Assembly: GCA_018396955.1 (NCBI GenBank)
Contig: JAGTQI010000001.1
Location: forward strand, 6,467 to 70,466
Length of the DNA stretch: 64,000 bases
Direction: 5' to 3'
Source of the DNA: Candidatus Bathyarchaeota archaeon
GTDB taxonomy: Archaea; Thermoproteota; Bathyarchaeia; Bathyarchaeales; Bathycorpusculaceae
Position numbers and translations under genes: made by a program. The notes beneath the pieces are model-generated. The model made no database searches, was not told where the DNA came from, and saw nothing but the letters and a program-made list of their open reading frames with translations. Positions within the stretch are counted from its first letter, which is position 1, and each line of letters opens with the position of its first letter. Of the stretch, positions 1 through 9,351 are shown in pieces.

Positions 1-364
1 CGAAGCCTTGTTTCTCGAACTCCTCTTTTAGGCGTTTGCCTGGGGCGTCAGAGATGAATATGCTTGGAATCTTCTTTTCTGAGAGGATTTCCATAGCTTT
101 TCTGGGTCCTTGAACTGCTGGATTTGGCGAAATGAAAATTATAAAGTCTGGGCTAAAATCGAAGATTTTAGGTAGGGCCTCTGCGACTTCTTCTGCGAGC
201 ATTTTCGCCCCTGTCGTTATTGTTCGAACGCTTATATCTTCTCTATCAGCCAATTCGTCAAAAAGAAGTTCAAGCAAGGGTGCGGTTCCTATGTTGCCAC
301 ATTTGAAGACGCCGATCTTGATCTTCTTCAAGGGTTGCACCTTGATATATCGACTAGAAGCCAT
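1..364 (-). CDS. mtd: F420-dependent methylene-tetrahydromethanopterin dehydrogenase (Mtd), N-terminal part; C-terminus lies outside the window
   Basis: Own minus-strand translation from ATG (362-364): MASSRYIKVQPLKKIKIGVFKCGNIGTAPLLELLFDELADRED..DFIIFISPNPAVQGPRKA. The KCGNIG and ISPNP patterns match the Mtd N-terminus as I recall it. Not in the ORF track because no stop lies in the window. Confidence 0.75.
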   Translation of the reverse strand, partial: MASSRYIKVQPLKKIKIGVFKCGNIGTAPLLELLFDELADREDISVRTITTGAKMLAEEVAEALPKIFDFSPDFIIFISPNPAVQGPRKAMEILSEKKIPSIFISDAPGKRLKEEFEKQGF

Positions 365-416
365 ATTTAGGAAACAATCTTTATAAGTATTTCAGAAAAG
401 TGTGCAGTAGCCTTCC

Positions 417-1475
417 CTATTTTGCCACTTCCTTAGCTGCAGTCCTTTTTTTCCCTGAAAGCTTAGTTAGCAAGTTTAGGGCGTTTGTTTCAGCGCTTGC
501 CTCTTTTGTGATGATGGCTCCAGCTTTTTCTGCGTTAGAAAATAGTTCTTCGCCCTGCCCTGTGCGTATAATCACAAAGGTCCATCCTTCAAGTCCAAGC
601 CCACCAACAGAGATATCCGCTAACTCTGAGCTGAAGTCTTCGCATAATCTGCAGTTTTTTCTCGCATACTGTTTTGCCTCCGTAAGCGGTATTGCCACCG
701 TTTCAGATTCCAGCGTCAACAGCATCTTGCCTTTAATGTTGACTTTCTTGATGCAGTTGGGGTCTACTCCCAGCTTTCCGATAATGTGCTGTTTCATGAG
801 TCCATCGTAAATGAAACATTCGGAGCATGCTAATCCAATTAAAAACTTTAATGGGGTGACATATTTCTTAAGCCCGGCAAACTGCATTTTTCTTACGGCG
901 CGAATTTGGCATGGTGTTCCAACGAAAGCCACCTTTCCAATTTTTTGTTCCAAAGCTTTTGCTATAGCAAGAATGTTAGGCGAGTAAAAGTACTTTGTTC
1001 CAGCCGCCTGCAAGATATTATCGGTTGTTGTGGCGAGCGTGGGATGCGGATAAAATGGCTTTTCCCGCTCACTTTTTGCAACAATTGCTCCGTCAATAAT
1101 GCCATTTCTTAGGGCGAATAAAAGTAAAGTCGTTACAGCTCCACCATCTTGACATTTTTCTAAAATTTGTTTGTCTGTAGCCCTTGCCAAGGCAAGTCTT
1201 CTATAGATCCCAAAAGCCTCATCAGGCTTCCGTTCTCTTCCAAACACAAAATTCTCAATTTTTGATAATGGAAAATCGTATTGTGGGCATGCTTGTGCGC
1301 ATATGCCGCAAACTTTACATTCCTTTACTAGGTTTGGCCTTTCTTCACCATATTCGAGGCAGCTGAAAGGACATACAAGCACGCATGTACCGCATCCAAC
1401 GCATTTCCCGGTTTTGATTACAGCTTCTGCTATGGACTCTTCAAAGCTTACCTTGCCAGCTTTCATGGTTAGCAT
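417..1475 (-). CDS. FrhB/FdhB-family coenzyme F420 hydrogenase/dehydrogenase beta subunit with N-terminal 2x[4Fe-4S] ferredoxin domain
   Basis: Two CxxCxxCxxxCP motifs (CVGCGTCVLVCP, CKVCGICAQACP) followed by an FrhB-like body. Sits between mtd and ftr. Confidence 0.7.
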   Translation of the reverse strand: MLTMKAGKVSFEESIAEAVIKTGKCVGCGTCVLVCPFSCLEYGEERPNLVKECKVCGICAQACPQYDFPLSKIENFVFGRERKPDEAFGIYRRLALARATDKQILEKCQDGGAVTTLLLFALRNGIIDGAIVAKSEREKPFYPHPTLATTTDNILQAAGTKYFYSPNILAIAKALEQKIGKVAFVGTPCQIRAVRKMQFAGLKKYVTPLKFLIGLACSECFIYDGLMKQHIIGKLGVDPNCIKKVNIKGKMLLTLESETVAIPLTEAKQYARKNCRLCEDFSSELADISVGGLGLEGWTFVIIRTGQGEELFSNAEKAGAIITKEASAETNALNLLTKLSGKKRTAAKEVAK

Positions 1476-1597
1476 CTTTTAGAGTTAAGGAATAAATAGT
1501 TTAGCTTTTAAGGCTTATTTGGCGGCTCATTAATTTTGGGTTGTTATTAATTGCACTGTTAACATGGCATTTCGCCGCTTGTAGCGGAAAGTCTTAA

Positions 1598-2617
1598 ATG
1601 AGATTATTTCTATCCTCAAAGCTAGGTTTGAATATGCTACAAAGCGAAGCCAAGCTTGAAATAGTTGGCTACGATGAAAAGGACAAGTTTGGACCATGCT
1701 TCATAGTGAAGCCTATGGCGGGGCATATAGTGAAAGTTGCAGACACCTTCGCCGAAATGTTCCCGATGTGGGCTGGAAGAGTACTCATAACGGCTGATAG
1801 CGAAAAATGGGCTTTAACCGCTGCTGAGGTGGCAACAGGTTTTGCCACCAGTGTTATTATGGCTCCCGCCGAGGCTGGATTTGAGGGACTTGTTTCTAAA
1901 GAGAAAACGCCAGATGGACGGGTAGGCGCTTTAATTCAGATTTATAATCGGAACCGTTTTGACTTAAAGAATCAGATGGTTCTACGCATTGGACAGTGCA
2001 TAATGACTTGTCCGACAACGGCGGCTTTTGACGCTCTTCAAGAGGCGAAAAGAAGGATGAAGGTTGGGCGTAGTCTCCGCTATTTTGGTGACGGCTTCCA
2101 GAGGAAAGGAATTGTTGGCGGCAGAAAGGTTTGGAGAATCCCAGTAATGGAAGGCGAATTCATAGTTGAAGATTCATTTGGTGTTGTGGAGGCTGTAGCT
2201 GGAGGGAACTTTCTCATACTAGCAAAGGACAAAAACTCGGGACTAAAAGCCGCAGAAGAAGCTGTAAAAGCAATAAAAAATGGAGCAAGCGGGGTTATAA
2301 TGCCCTTCCCAGGCGGGGTCTGCCGGTCTGGCTCTAAGGCTGGCTCCCTAAAATACAAACTTAAGGCTTCAACAAACCATCCTTTTTGCCCAACACTGAA
2401 AAAAGTTGTGGAAGACTCCCAACTGCCAGAAGACGTTAACTCCGTTTATGAAATAGTCATTAACGGCTTAACAGTTGAGGCTGTCAAGAAGGCTATGGGA
2501 GAAGGCATAAAAGCAGCCATAAATGTCCCCGGCGTTCTGCGAATTTCCGCTGGCAACTATGGCGGAAAACTTGGACCATATAAGGCTTTTCTGAAAGAAG
2601 TTTTAGGCTTGTCCTAA
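1598..2617 (+). CDS. ftr: Formylmethanofuran:tetrahydromethanopterin N-formyltransferase (Ftr)
   Basis: DTFAEMFPMWAGRVLITA...WALTAA...GFATSVI is the typical Ftr N-terminal signature. The true start is probably Met13 (1634). Confidence 0.85.
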   Translation: MRLFLSSKLGLNMLQSEAKLEIVGYDEKDKFGPCFIVKPMAGHIVKVADTFAEMFPMWAGRVLITADSEKWALTAAEVATGFATSVIMAPAEAGFEGLVSKEKTPDGRVGALIQIYNRNRFDLKNQMVLRIGQCIMTCPTTAAFDALQEAKRRMKVGRSLRYFGDGFQRKGIVGGRKVWRIPVMEGEFIVEDSFGVVEAVAGGNFLILAKDKNSGLKAAEEAVKAIKNGASGVIMPFPGGVCRSGSKAGSLKYKLKASTNHPFCPTLKKVVEDSQLPEDVNSVYEIVINGLTVEAVKKAMGEGIKAAINVPGVLRISAGNYGGKLGPYKAFLKEVLGLS

Positions 2618-2682
2618 CCTTTATTCTGTCCAATATTTTTATTTGGCTCGTTGCTATGTAGCCTCATAGCATTAAACTTTGA

Positions 2683-3957
2683 GTGAAAAATTTGAGCGCC
2701 CCTAAAAAAAGGACGTCCCTCGAACTCTTCCGGTTAAAAAAGATACTGAACACGCTGGCTGATAAAGAGGGACGGGGAACAGAGCTTATTTCGCTTTACA
2801 TTCCGCCGGGAAAACAGATCAGCGAAGTTATGAACATGCTTAGAGAGGAGTATGGCACTGCTTCAAACATAAAATCCACAACAACCCGAAAAAACGTTCA
2901 AGACGCCATTGTAAAGGTTCAACAGCGCCTAAAACTTTTCAAAGAAACCCCAGAAAACGGACTTGTCATATTTTGCGGGGCCGTGCCCCAAAATGGTGCT
3001 GGAAGCGAAAAAATTGAAACATACGTGATTATACCGCCGGAGCCCATAAACATATACCTTTACAGATGCGACTCTCGCTTTCATACAGAACATTTGCAAG
3101 AGCTTTTGAGGGAAAAAGAGACTTATGGCATACTCCTCATAGATGCAACGGCCGCAACCCTCGCAACTCTTCAGGGTAGAAGACTCGAAATAGTTCAAGA
3201 AGTGACATCTGGTGTTCCGGGGAAAACTCGTGCTGGGGGACAATCCGCCAGAAGGTTTGAAAGGCTTAGGGAAATGCGCCTCCAAGAGTATTTTAGGCGT
3301 GTGGGCGAACACGCAAACGATGTGTTCCTCTCTATAGAGAATTTAAAAGGCATAATAATCGGTGGACCTGGACCCACTAAATATGACTTTGAAAAGGGTG
3401 ATTACCTAAACTACCAGCTGAAGGAGAAAATCATCGACACTGTTGATACTGCTTATGTTGACGAGCAGGGAGTAAAAGAAATAGTTGACAAGGCACCAGA
3501 GATTATGAGAAAAATCCGCTATATTGAAGAGAGGCAAATAATGCAGCAATTCCTATACGAGATTGGTCATGATACTGGTCTCGCCACTTATGGGGAAGAA
3601 GCCGTTAGAAAAGCCCTAGAAGCAGGCGCCGTTAAAACCCTGCTACTTTCAGAAGGTCTTGACATTGCTCGCGTAAAAGTCAAGTGTAACGCATGCGGCT
3701 ATGAAGAGCAACAAACCGTTAAGGGCTCAATGCTAACGAGTTTTGAACAAAGTCTAGTCGGAAAACCATGCCCAAAATGCAAGGCCCCATCATTAAGCAT
3801 AATTGAAAAGCAAGAGTTGATAGAAAACTTCGCCCAACTGGCCGAGTACACAAACACAGAAGTTGAAATAATTTCCGACGAAACAGAAGAGGGACAAATG
3901 CTCAAAAACTCCTTCGGCGGAATAGCCGCCATCCTACGCTTCAAACTACAAGAATAA
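2683..3957 (+). CDS. prf1: Peptide chain release factor aRF1
   Basis: NIKS motif (TASNIKSTTTRKN) and GGQ motif (RAGGQSARRF); length is typical. The C-terminal domain carries a CxxC..CxxC insertion. Confidence 0.9.
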   Translation: MKNLSAPKKRTSLELFRLKKILNTLADKEGRGTELISLYIPPGKQISEVMNMLREEYGTASNIKSTTTRKNVQDAIVKVQQRLKLFKETPENGLVIFCGAVPQNGAGSEKIETYVIIPPEPINIYLYRCDSRFHTEHLQELLREKETYGILLIDATAATLATLQGRRLEIVQEVTSGVPGKTRAGGQSARRFERLREMRLQEYFRRVGEHANDVFLSIENLKGIIIGGPGPTKYDFEKGDYLNYQLKEKIIDTVDTAYVDEQGVKEIVDKAPEIMRKIRYIEERQIMQQFLYEIGHDTGLATYGEEAVRKALEAGAVKTLLLSEGLDIARVKVKCNACGYEEQQTVKGSMLTSFEQSLVGKPCPKCKAPSLSIIEKQELIENFAQLAEYTNTEVEIISDETEEGQMLKNSFGGIAAILRFKLQE

Positions 3958-3983
3958 AGCATGCGTTCACTTAGGCTTTGAAG

Positions 3984-4442
3984 TTAGTAACTATAACTTG
4001 TATAGTTCCAAAGTATAATGGCATGATGTCCAAGTCTTCCGAGAATATATTTATCACATGCTTCTGGACCCAAGTTCCATGCTCCCTTTTCCCAGTAATA
4101 CCACATCCACGCCTTTCCGCTAGTTAAGTCTCCAATGTTTCTTACTCCGTTTATTTCTGTGATGAGTATACCAAGGGACGGGTAGACATCATACTTCACG
4201 TTTTTAGTAACAGATAATAAAGCTTCAAAGACTGTTGAGATTGCAAAAAGTACAGTTCCATTATACCAGCTCTTACTTCCATTCCCATAGTCAAGTAAAA
4301 CATCAACTCTGACTGGTGTTCCGCCAATAGTATTCATAAGATCTTGAAAAGCGAGATAGTAATAAGATGCGAAGCCTGTAGCAACTAGTGCCCAAACAAG
4401 CGTCGCTAAAACTATTAAGGTTAGGTTTCTTTTTTCAACCAT
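3984..4442 (-). CDS. DUF4430-like secreted/anchored protein
   Basis: N-terminal TM helix, then a pattern resembling DUF4430 (..LGILITEINGVRN..GKAWMWYYWEKG..W..). Overlaps the upstream membrane gene by 8 nt. Confidence 0.4.
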   Translation of the reverse strand: MVEKRNLTLIVLATLVWALVATGFASYYYLAFQDLMNTIGGTPVRVDVLLDYGNGSKSWYNGTVLFAISTVFEALLSVTKNVKYDVYPSLGILITEINGVRNIGDLTSGKAWMWYYWEKGAWNLGPEACDKYILGRLGHHAIILWNYTSYSY

Positions 4443-5016
4443 ATTTGTCCACCATCAACGTTTTTTTTGCGGCCTTAATCATGGGGAAAAATGCAATTCC
4501 AAATATTGCTGCATTTGATACAACATGAATTACGGAGAAGGGCGTACCATATGCCAGTGCAATTATTAGGGCCACATGAAAGGGCACTCCCATAATTGTC
4601 TGGAAAATTGCATATCCAAAATTTGTAATGAAGTCATAGAGCGCTGTTAAAAAGGCTCCTAAGACGGCTAATTCAACACAGAATTCTGTTGAAAAACGTT
4701 CATAAGCAAATCTTCTATAAAAACCTCCGACTGAACCCATTAAACCCATACCAGCCATTTGAAAGGGCATATTCAAACCAGCAAAACCCCACGGGGAAAG
4801 AAAGCCATTGATAAACATCACAAATGCTCCAAATAGCCCCCCAATAACAGAGCCGAAAATGAAGCCTACGGCAAACGTGAAAAGTGAAGTAAATTCCACG
4901 TTGGGTGGTCTAGGGGATATCTGTATGGCTAAGCAAAGAACTATTAAAACGCTTATGAGGGCTACTGTCAGCGTTGAGTTATTGTTATTGCGTTTCACAT
5001 TGGATGGATAATCCAT
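4435..5016 (-). CDS. Polytopic membrane protein, possibly an ECF-transporter S component
   Basis: Five or six hydrophobic segments; coupled to a DUF4430-like gene, a pairing known for ECF S components. Confidence 0.35.
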   Translation of the reverse strand: MDYPSNVKRNNNNSTLTVALISVLIVLCLAIQISPRPPNVEFTSLFTFAVGFIFGSVIGGLFGAFVMFINGFLSPWGFAGLNMPFQMAGMGLMGSVGGFYRRFAYERFSTEFCVELAVLGAFLTALYDFITNFGYAIFQTIMGVPFHVALIIALAYGTPFSVIHVVSNAAIFGIAFFPMIKAAKKTLMVDKYG

Positions 5017-5072
5017 CCAAGAATATAAAATTTGCGCCGTAAAATTTCTGTAACGACGGAGAAGTAATTATG

Positions 5073-5085
5073 GTGGACCGGGCGG
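5073..5085. repeat. Direct repeat of the tRNA-Ala 3' end (att-like distal boundary of the accessory region)
   Basis: gtggaccgggcgg is identical to 61054-61066, same orientation. It lies exactly where core-like genes end and AT-rich accessory DNA starts. Confidence 0.5.
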
Positions 5086-5248
5086 TATGCAATTAAATAA
5101 TTAAGTGAGTCCAAATTAAACATAAACATTTTATTTCCTAGTGAAATTCCGTGGAATGGAGAATATATTCATAATAGTTAAATAACGAAGTATCCTTTAT
5201 ATACATGAATAAACAATAAAAACTTCCCACGTCAACAAGGGAAGAACC

Positions 5249-5770
5249 TTGGAAAAAAAGGATAATTTCACAGTTCTAATTGAAAAATTGGAGAGAATGG
5301 AACAACTCCAGAAGATAGATGCTTCCGTAGTTAAAATCTTAGACGAACTTATAGAAAATTGTAAGGAAGCGGAGCGTTTCTGGGTTGAAAGTGAAAGAAC
5401 ACCAGTTGATATCTCATTTTTGTTGTACCACTCAACGAGAAATTCTCGCCTCGTTTTAGAAAAAATGAAAAATCGATTTATTACAGCAACAAAAAAGAAT
5501 GAGAACCCTCATGTTATAGCTGACTCTATAGAAATTGTTCCAATTCTCAGCGAGTTGTATGAAGCTACTTTATCGCTTAAAGAGCGGCCAATTACACCCG
5601 AAATTTTATCATTTATATCAAATAGACTAAAGTTGCTGAGAAATATGGCACATAAAGTTTCAATGATGCCATCGCCTGAGGAGGAAATCGCAGAAATAGA
5701 TAAGGCAAAATTTAAAAAACGCTTCAGTCACTTCGCTGAAACTCTTCAGGCGATGTTCATTGAAGCATAA
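5249..5770 (+). CDS. Hypothetical helical protein (upstream partner of the PIN-like gene)
   Basis: ORF of 173 aa overlapping the next gene by 11 nt. Confidence 0.35.
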   Translation: MEKKDNFTVLIEKLERMEQLQKIDASVVKILDELIENCKEAERFWVESERTPVDISFLLYHSTRNSRLVLEKMKNRFITATKKNENPHVIADSIEIVPILSELYEATLSLKERPITPEILSFISNRLKLLRNMAHKVSMMPSPEEEIAEIDKAKFKKRFSHFAETLQAMFIEA

Positions 5771-6530
5771 GGTTCTATTTGACACCAGCGTTTTAATTGC
5801 CGCTTCAACATTCATGGTTTCAAAGGAATTATCAGTCAGTATAAAGCACCCTTTTTTCGATCAATCAATGAGCTTGATTGGATTTGTAAAGAAGCATCTT
5901 ACAAAACGCATTGGCATAGTGACCACAACGATAGAAGAGCAGGCATACCGCGTACTTGAGCAAGCCGTTAGACAAGAATTACAAAAAAGGACAACTGAAA
6001 GAGCTATAGATTTTGAAATTTTTTCCATAATCCTTAACTACTGCGAAAATAGATTGAGAGAAATTCTTTCTTTCATGCTACGTGAACCAGTGGATCCGCT
6101 AGAAGTTTCCAAAAATTTTGTTAAAGTAACAGAGATGTATGAAAACTTAAAAGAGAAAGCAAGGAATCTTCCAAAACCTGCAACTTTACTAACCGAAGCG
6201 GTTCCCAAGGGCTTTAAAAAATTAGCTTTCGACATTTATAGAACACAAGACGAAATTATCAACTCACAACTTACGAATCTTTTAAGGAAACCAGCAGAAA
6301 CAACGGATAAAACAATACTAGCTGAGGCGATTTATTTATTCAATGTTTACAAGCAAGTTGAAGGAAAAAATATAGCCTTCTACATAACATCGACAGACCA
6401 TCACTTCTCTCCTGTAAGGAAAAAGGGGTTGGAATCAAGGGGGATAACAGATACTATTAGGGATCTTTTTGGAATAACCTGCGACTGGCCGCATCAAATC
6501 GAACAAATATTGAAAAATGAAATGAAATAG
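5760..6530 (+). CDS. PIN-like nuclease domain protein
   Basis: N-terminal VLFDTSVLIAAS and C-terminal FYITSTDHHF resemble the first and last acidic motifs of PIN domains. Confidence 0.4.
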   Translation: MKHKVLFDTSVLIAASTFMVSKELSVSIKHPFFDQSMSLIGFVKKHLTKRIGIVTTTIEEQAYRVLEQAVRQELQKRTTERAIDFEIFSIILNYCENRLREILSFMLREPVDPLEVSKNFVKVTEMYENLKEKARNLPKPATLLTEAVPKGFKKLAFDIYRTQDEIINSQLTNLLRKPAETTDKTILAEAIYLFNVYKQVEGKNIAFYITSTDHHFSPVRKKGLESRGITDTIRDLFGITCDWPHQIEQILKNEMK

Positions 6531-6740
6531 TCCAAAACTAACATTATAAAACGAATAAACTTTTGGTATATTATCCATGTAGAAAATTTGCTGGGAGAAT
6601 TTTATTTTCTCTTATTTGATATCTTTTCACTTTAATCACTTTAACTTATCTCTCTCCACTATTCAAAAGAGTCGATTCGCCGCTGCCCTTTTATACCCTT
6701 TTCCATGAACCGCTAAATTTGCGGTTGGAGGCTGAGCTCT

Positions 6741-7001
6741 GTGCTCTCCGAAGCTTTGGGCTTGGAGCTTGAGGGCTTGTCGGTTCTCGAGCGTAAGCTT
6801 CTCCTAGAACTCGTGCACAGGTATCCGCATTATTGGGGCAAATTTACAAGCCGTGAGTGCGACTGGCAAAGCCAGAAAGAAGCTCTTGAAGAGTTCCTGC
6901 AAACCCATGAGGCTGAGCTTGTTAAAGAGTTTGCCAAAGCCGGCTTGCATGGTAACGGCTGGAAAACAGTAAGGAGGATTGGAACACGTGTCAAGGGCTG
7001 A
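6741..7001 (+). CDS. Hypothetical protein (first gene of the GC-richer element)
   Basis: ORF with GTG start directly after the composition shift. Confidence 0.3.
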   Translation: MLSEALGLELEGLSVLERKLLLELVHRYPHYWGKFTSRECDWQSQKEALEEFLQTHEAELVKEFAKAGLHGNGWKTVRRIGTRVKG

Positions 7002-7173
7002 ACATTGTAGGAACCCATGGAATGGAAAATGCAGAAACACCGACATTGAAGTGTTCATACTCTATAAAGGCGTTAGGCTTCCGATTTGCAGGCGTTGCTG
7101 GAGCAAAATAGCAGACACCAACATAGAGTGGGGCGAACACACGCACTCAAGGGAAGATCGGCCATGGAGCTAG
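6979..7173 (+). CDS. Small Cys-rich (zinc-binding?) protein
   Basis: HCRNPWNGKC ... CRRCW motifs. Its end overlaps the radA start. Confidence 0.3.
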   Translation: MEHVSRAEHCRNPWNGKCRNTDIEVFILYKGVRLPICRRCWSKIADTNIEWGEHTHSREDRPWS

Positions 7174-8150
7174 AGCAGATTCCAGGCGTAGGCAAATCCA
7201 TAGCCAAAAGGCTTAGGGACGCCGGCTTCGTAAACGTTGAAACTTTGGCTGTCACTCCAGCCCGGGAGGTTAAGGAGAAGGCTGGCTATGAGAAGCTTGA
7301 GGCTGCCCAGCGTATAGTGGAGGCTGCGAGGCAAGCCTTAGGCTGCAGTTTCATAACAGCCTACGAACACTGGGAAATGACAAAGAGAAGGCTGAGATGC
7401 ACAACTGGAAGCAAGGCTCTAGACAGCCTTTTAGGCGGCGGAATAGAAACACAGGCCATTACAGAGTTTGTGGGGCAGTATGGTTCAGGAAAAACCCAGC
7501 TTTGCCTGACGCTATGCGTTACAGCCCAGCTTAAACCAGAGCAGGGCGGGTTAGGCGGAAACGTATTATACTTTGACACTGAGGGCACGTTCAGCTCCAA
7601 CCGCGTGTATCAAATAGCGGCTGAAAACGGCTTGGATCCAGGCCAAACACTCCACAACATAACACTTTCAAGGATTTACACCTCAGACCATCAAATGTTC
7701 CTTTTGGACAATGCTTTTGAAAAATGCGCAGAGGAAAACGTAAAACTCGTAATCGTAGACTCCGTTATATCCCATTTTAGAGGCGAATACCTGGGAAGGG
7801 AAACACTGGCGGACAGACAGCAGAAGCTAAACCTTTACATGCACAAGCTCTTGAGGCTGGCTGAAATCCTAAATTTGGCTGTGGTGGTCACAAACCAAGC
7901 GCAGTCGGATCCAACACCTCAATGGGGAAACCGCCAGCCAGAAGACAGGCCGGCTGGAGGCAACATCCTAGCCCACGCATCCACCACCAGAGTTTGGCTA
8001 CGGCGGGCCAAGGGCGAAGGAAAACGCATAGCAAGGGTCTTTGACTCCCCATGCCTGCCAGAGGGCGAATGTGTCTTCCGCATAACAGCCAAGGGCATAG
8101 AGGACGCCCCAGAAGAAGAAAAAGCTGAGAAAGCCGAAAGCCAGGAATAA
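7164..8150 (+). CDS. radA: RadA recombinase (full length, HhH N-domain plus RecA core), copy 1
   Basis: MELEQIPGVGKSIAKRLRDAGF (HhH), Walker A GQYGSGKTQ, Walker B KLVIVDS. The start was chosen at internal Met27 of track ORF 7086..8150. Confidence 0.85.
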   Translation: MELEQIPGVGKSIAKRLRDAGFVNVETLAVTPAREVKEKAGYEKLEAAQRIVEAARQALGCSFITAYEHWEMTKRRLRCTTGSKALDSLLGGGIETQAITEFVGQYGSGKTQLCLTLCVTAQLKPEQGGLGGNVLYFDTEGTFSSNRVYQIAAENGLDPGQTLHNITLSRIYTSDHQMFLLDNAFEKCAEENVKLVIVDSVISHFRGEYLGRETLADRQQKLNLYMHKLLRLAEILNLAVVVTNQAQSDPTPQWGNRQPEDRPAGGNILAHASTTRVWLRRAKGEGKRIARVFDSPCLPEGECVFRITAKGIEDAPEEEKAEKAESQE

Positions 8151-8173
8151 GCGAACTTTAGAGGCGGAGAGTT

Positions 8174-8458
8174 TTGGTTAGGATTCAGCGCAGACTCTCG
8201 AGAAAGCGTTATCTTGGCGGCAAATACGCCTACGAGTATGAACGCCTATCGCTGGACATTCCAAGCAGATTCCACAAAATGGTTAAGCCTTTTACTGGGC
8301 ATGATTTAGACATTGAAATAAGCGTTAAGGGTAGCTACCTAATAATAACGCTTAGCCCTAGGAAAACGTTTCTGCAAGCAGAAAACCCACGGGAAAAATT
8401 AAGAGTTGAAAGGCTTACTGAGGCGGGATTTTTACATGGAAATGCAAATTCGACTTAA
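8174..8458 (+). CDS. Hypothetical small protein (possibly AbrB/SpoVT-like)
   Basis: 94-aa ORF directly downstream of radA; the beta-rich LSLDIP..DLDIEISVKGSYLIITLS segment is only weakly suggestive. Confidence 0.3.
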   Translation: MVRIQRRLSRKRYLGGKYAYEYERLSLDIPSRFHKMVKPFTGHDLDIEISVKGSYLIITLSPRKTFLQAENPREKLRVERLTEAGFLHGNANST

Positions 8459-8610
8459 ATATGGGCAGGCAGAAAAATTTTCGCCTATAGACGTTTCAGC
8501 CCGCAGAAAGGTTCTCCCCAGAGAGGCGACATACAAAAACCTGTGTATTAATTTAATTAGCAACCGGTTTGCAAAATTTCGTTTTAGCCAGCAACGGTCT
8601 GTGAATTGAG

Positions 8611-8796
8611 ATGACGGAAAAGAAACAGGTTTTAGATGTCCAAATTATTTTGAAAGGGAGGGAAAAAGACAGGTTTCTTAAAATTAAGAGGTTTGTGGGG
8701 TTGTCGGATGTTGAAGCCTTGCGATTGATGATCAATGAATACTTTGAGAAGAAATTGGCTGGAGAAGAGGCGCAGGATAAGCCATGTAAACGCTAA
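8611..8796 (+). CDS. Ribbon-helix-helix (CopG-like) DNA-binding protein
   Basis: VLDVQIILKGREKDRFLKIKRFVGLSDVEALRLMINEYF; paralog of 9352..9519. Confidence 0.6.
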   Translation: MTEKKQVLDVQIILKGREKDRFLKIKRFVGLSDVEALRLMINEYFEKKLAGEEAQDKPCKR

Positions 8797-8993
8797 CCCT
8801 TCCTTGACGATTTTAGGCTTTTTCTTATCTCCTCCTGGTGTTCTCTCCAGTAATCGTTTATTAGGGCGCGGATAACCTCCGTGTAGTTTTTGAGGCCTAA
8901 ATGCTCCCTGATTTTCATGAGGCGTTCTGCTATTTCGCCATCCGCCCTCAAATAGACCTTCAATACTTCGCCTTCCTTTGAGCCTTTCGCCAT
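8793..8993 (-). CDS. Ribbon-helix-helix DNA-binding protein
   Basis: LKVYLRADGEIAERLMKIREHLGLKNYTEVIRALINDYW fits the beta-alpha-alpha pattern. Confidence 0.55.
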   Translation of the reverse strand: MAKGSKEGEVLKVYLRADGEIAERLMKIREHLGLKNYTEVIRALINDYWREHQEEIRKSLKSSRKG

Positions 8994-9088
8994 TTAAAAC
9001 TCCTCCATTCTGTTGCAAAATGTGTACATTTGACACACGCCTTTAAAGGTATAGCCCACTCCATATTTAAGGGTTGTTGGTGCTATGC

Positions 9089-9235
9089 TCATTTGGTCTT
9101 CTCCATCCTAATCCAGCTCTTAACGGCTTCGCGGATAAGCGTTGATAGGCTGCGGCCTGTTTCGCTGTTCTTCTTCTTTAGGAACTTGATGTCTGCAGGG
9201 TCGAGGAATACGGTTACTCCCCTCTTTTTTGCCAT
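9089..9235 (-). CDS. Ribbon-helix-helix (CopG) protein, 48 aa, not in the ORF track
   Basis: Own translation: MAKKRGVTVFLDPADIKFLKKKNSETGRSLSTLIREAVKSWIRMEKTK. Confidence 0.6.
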   Translation of the reverse strand: MAKKRGVTVFLDPADIKFLKKKNSETGRSLSTLIREAVKSWIRMEKTK

Positions 9236-9310
9236 ATGCTCCACCTTCAATATATGTAGTTGAAGCTATTTGTTTATAAGTTTTTCCACTTTTTGTAACT
9301 ATCAAAAGTC

Positions 9311-9333
9311 TTATATGGCTAAAAGCCACAAAA
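9311..9333 (+). promoter_or_regulatory. Conserved TATA-box plus operator-like motif, copy 1
   Basis: ttatatggctaaaagccacaaaa matches 39372-39394 at 22 of 23 positions. It lies about 40 nt upstream of an ATG and contains the palindrome tggct-aaa-agcca. Confidence 0.45.
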
Positions 9334-9351
9334 AATGGATTGGTGAGGAAA

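Noticed and set aside
132-810. + strand ORFs 132..386 and 400..810
   Set aside because: They are antisense to the well-supported mtd and frhB-like genes, and their translations are low-complexity.
7086-7163. 26-aa N-terminal extension of RadA copy 1
   Set aside because: RadA proteins start close to the HhH motif. MELEQIPGVGK at 7164 fits, and the extension overlaps the preceding small ORF.
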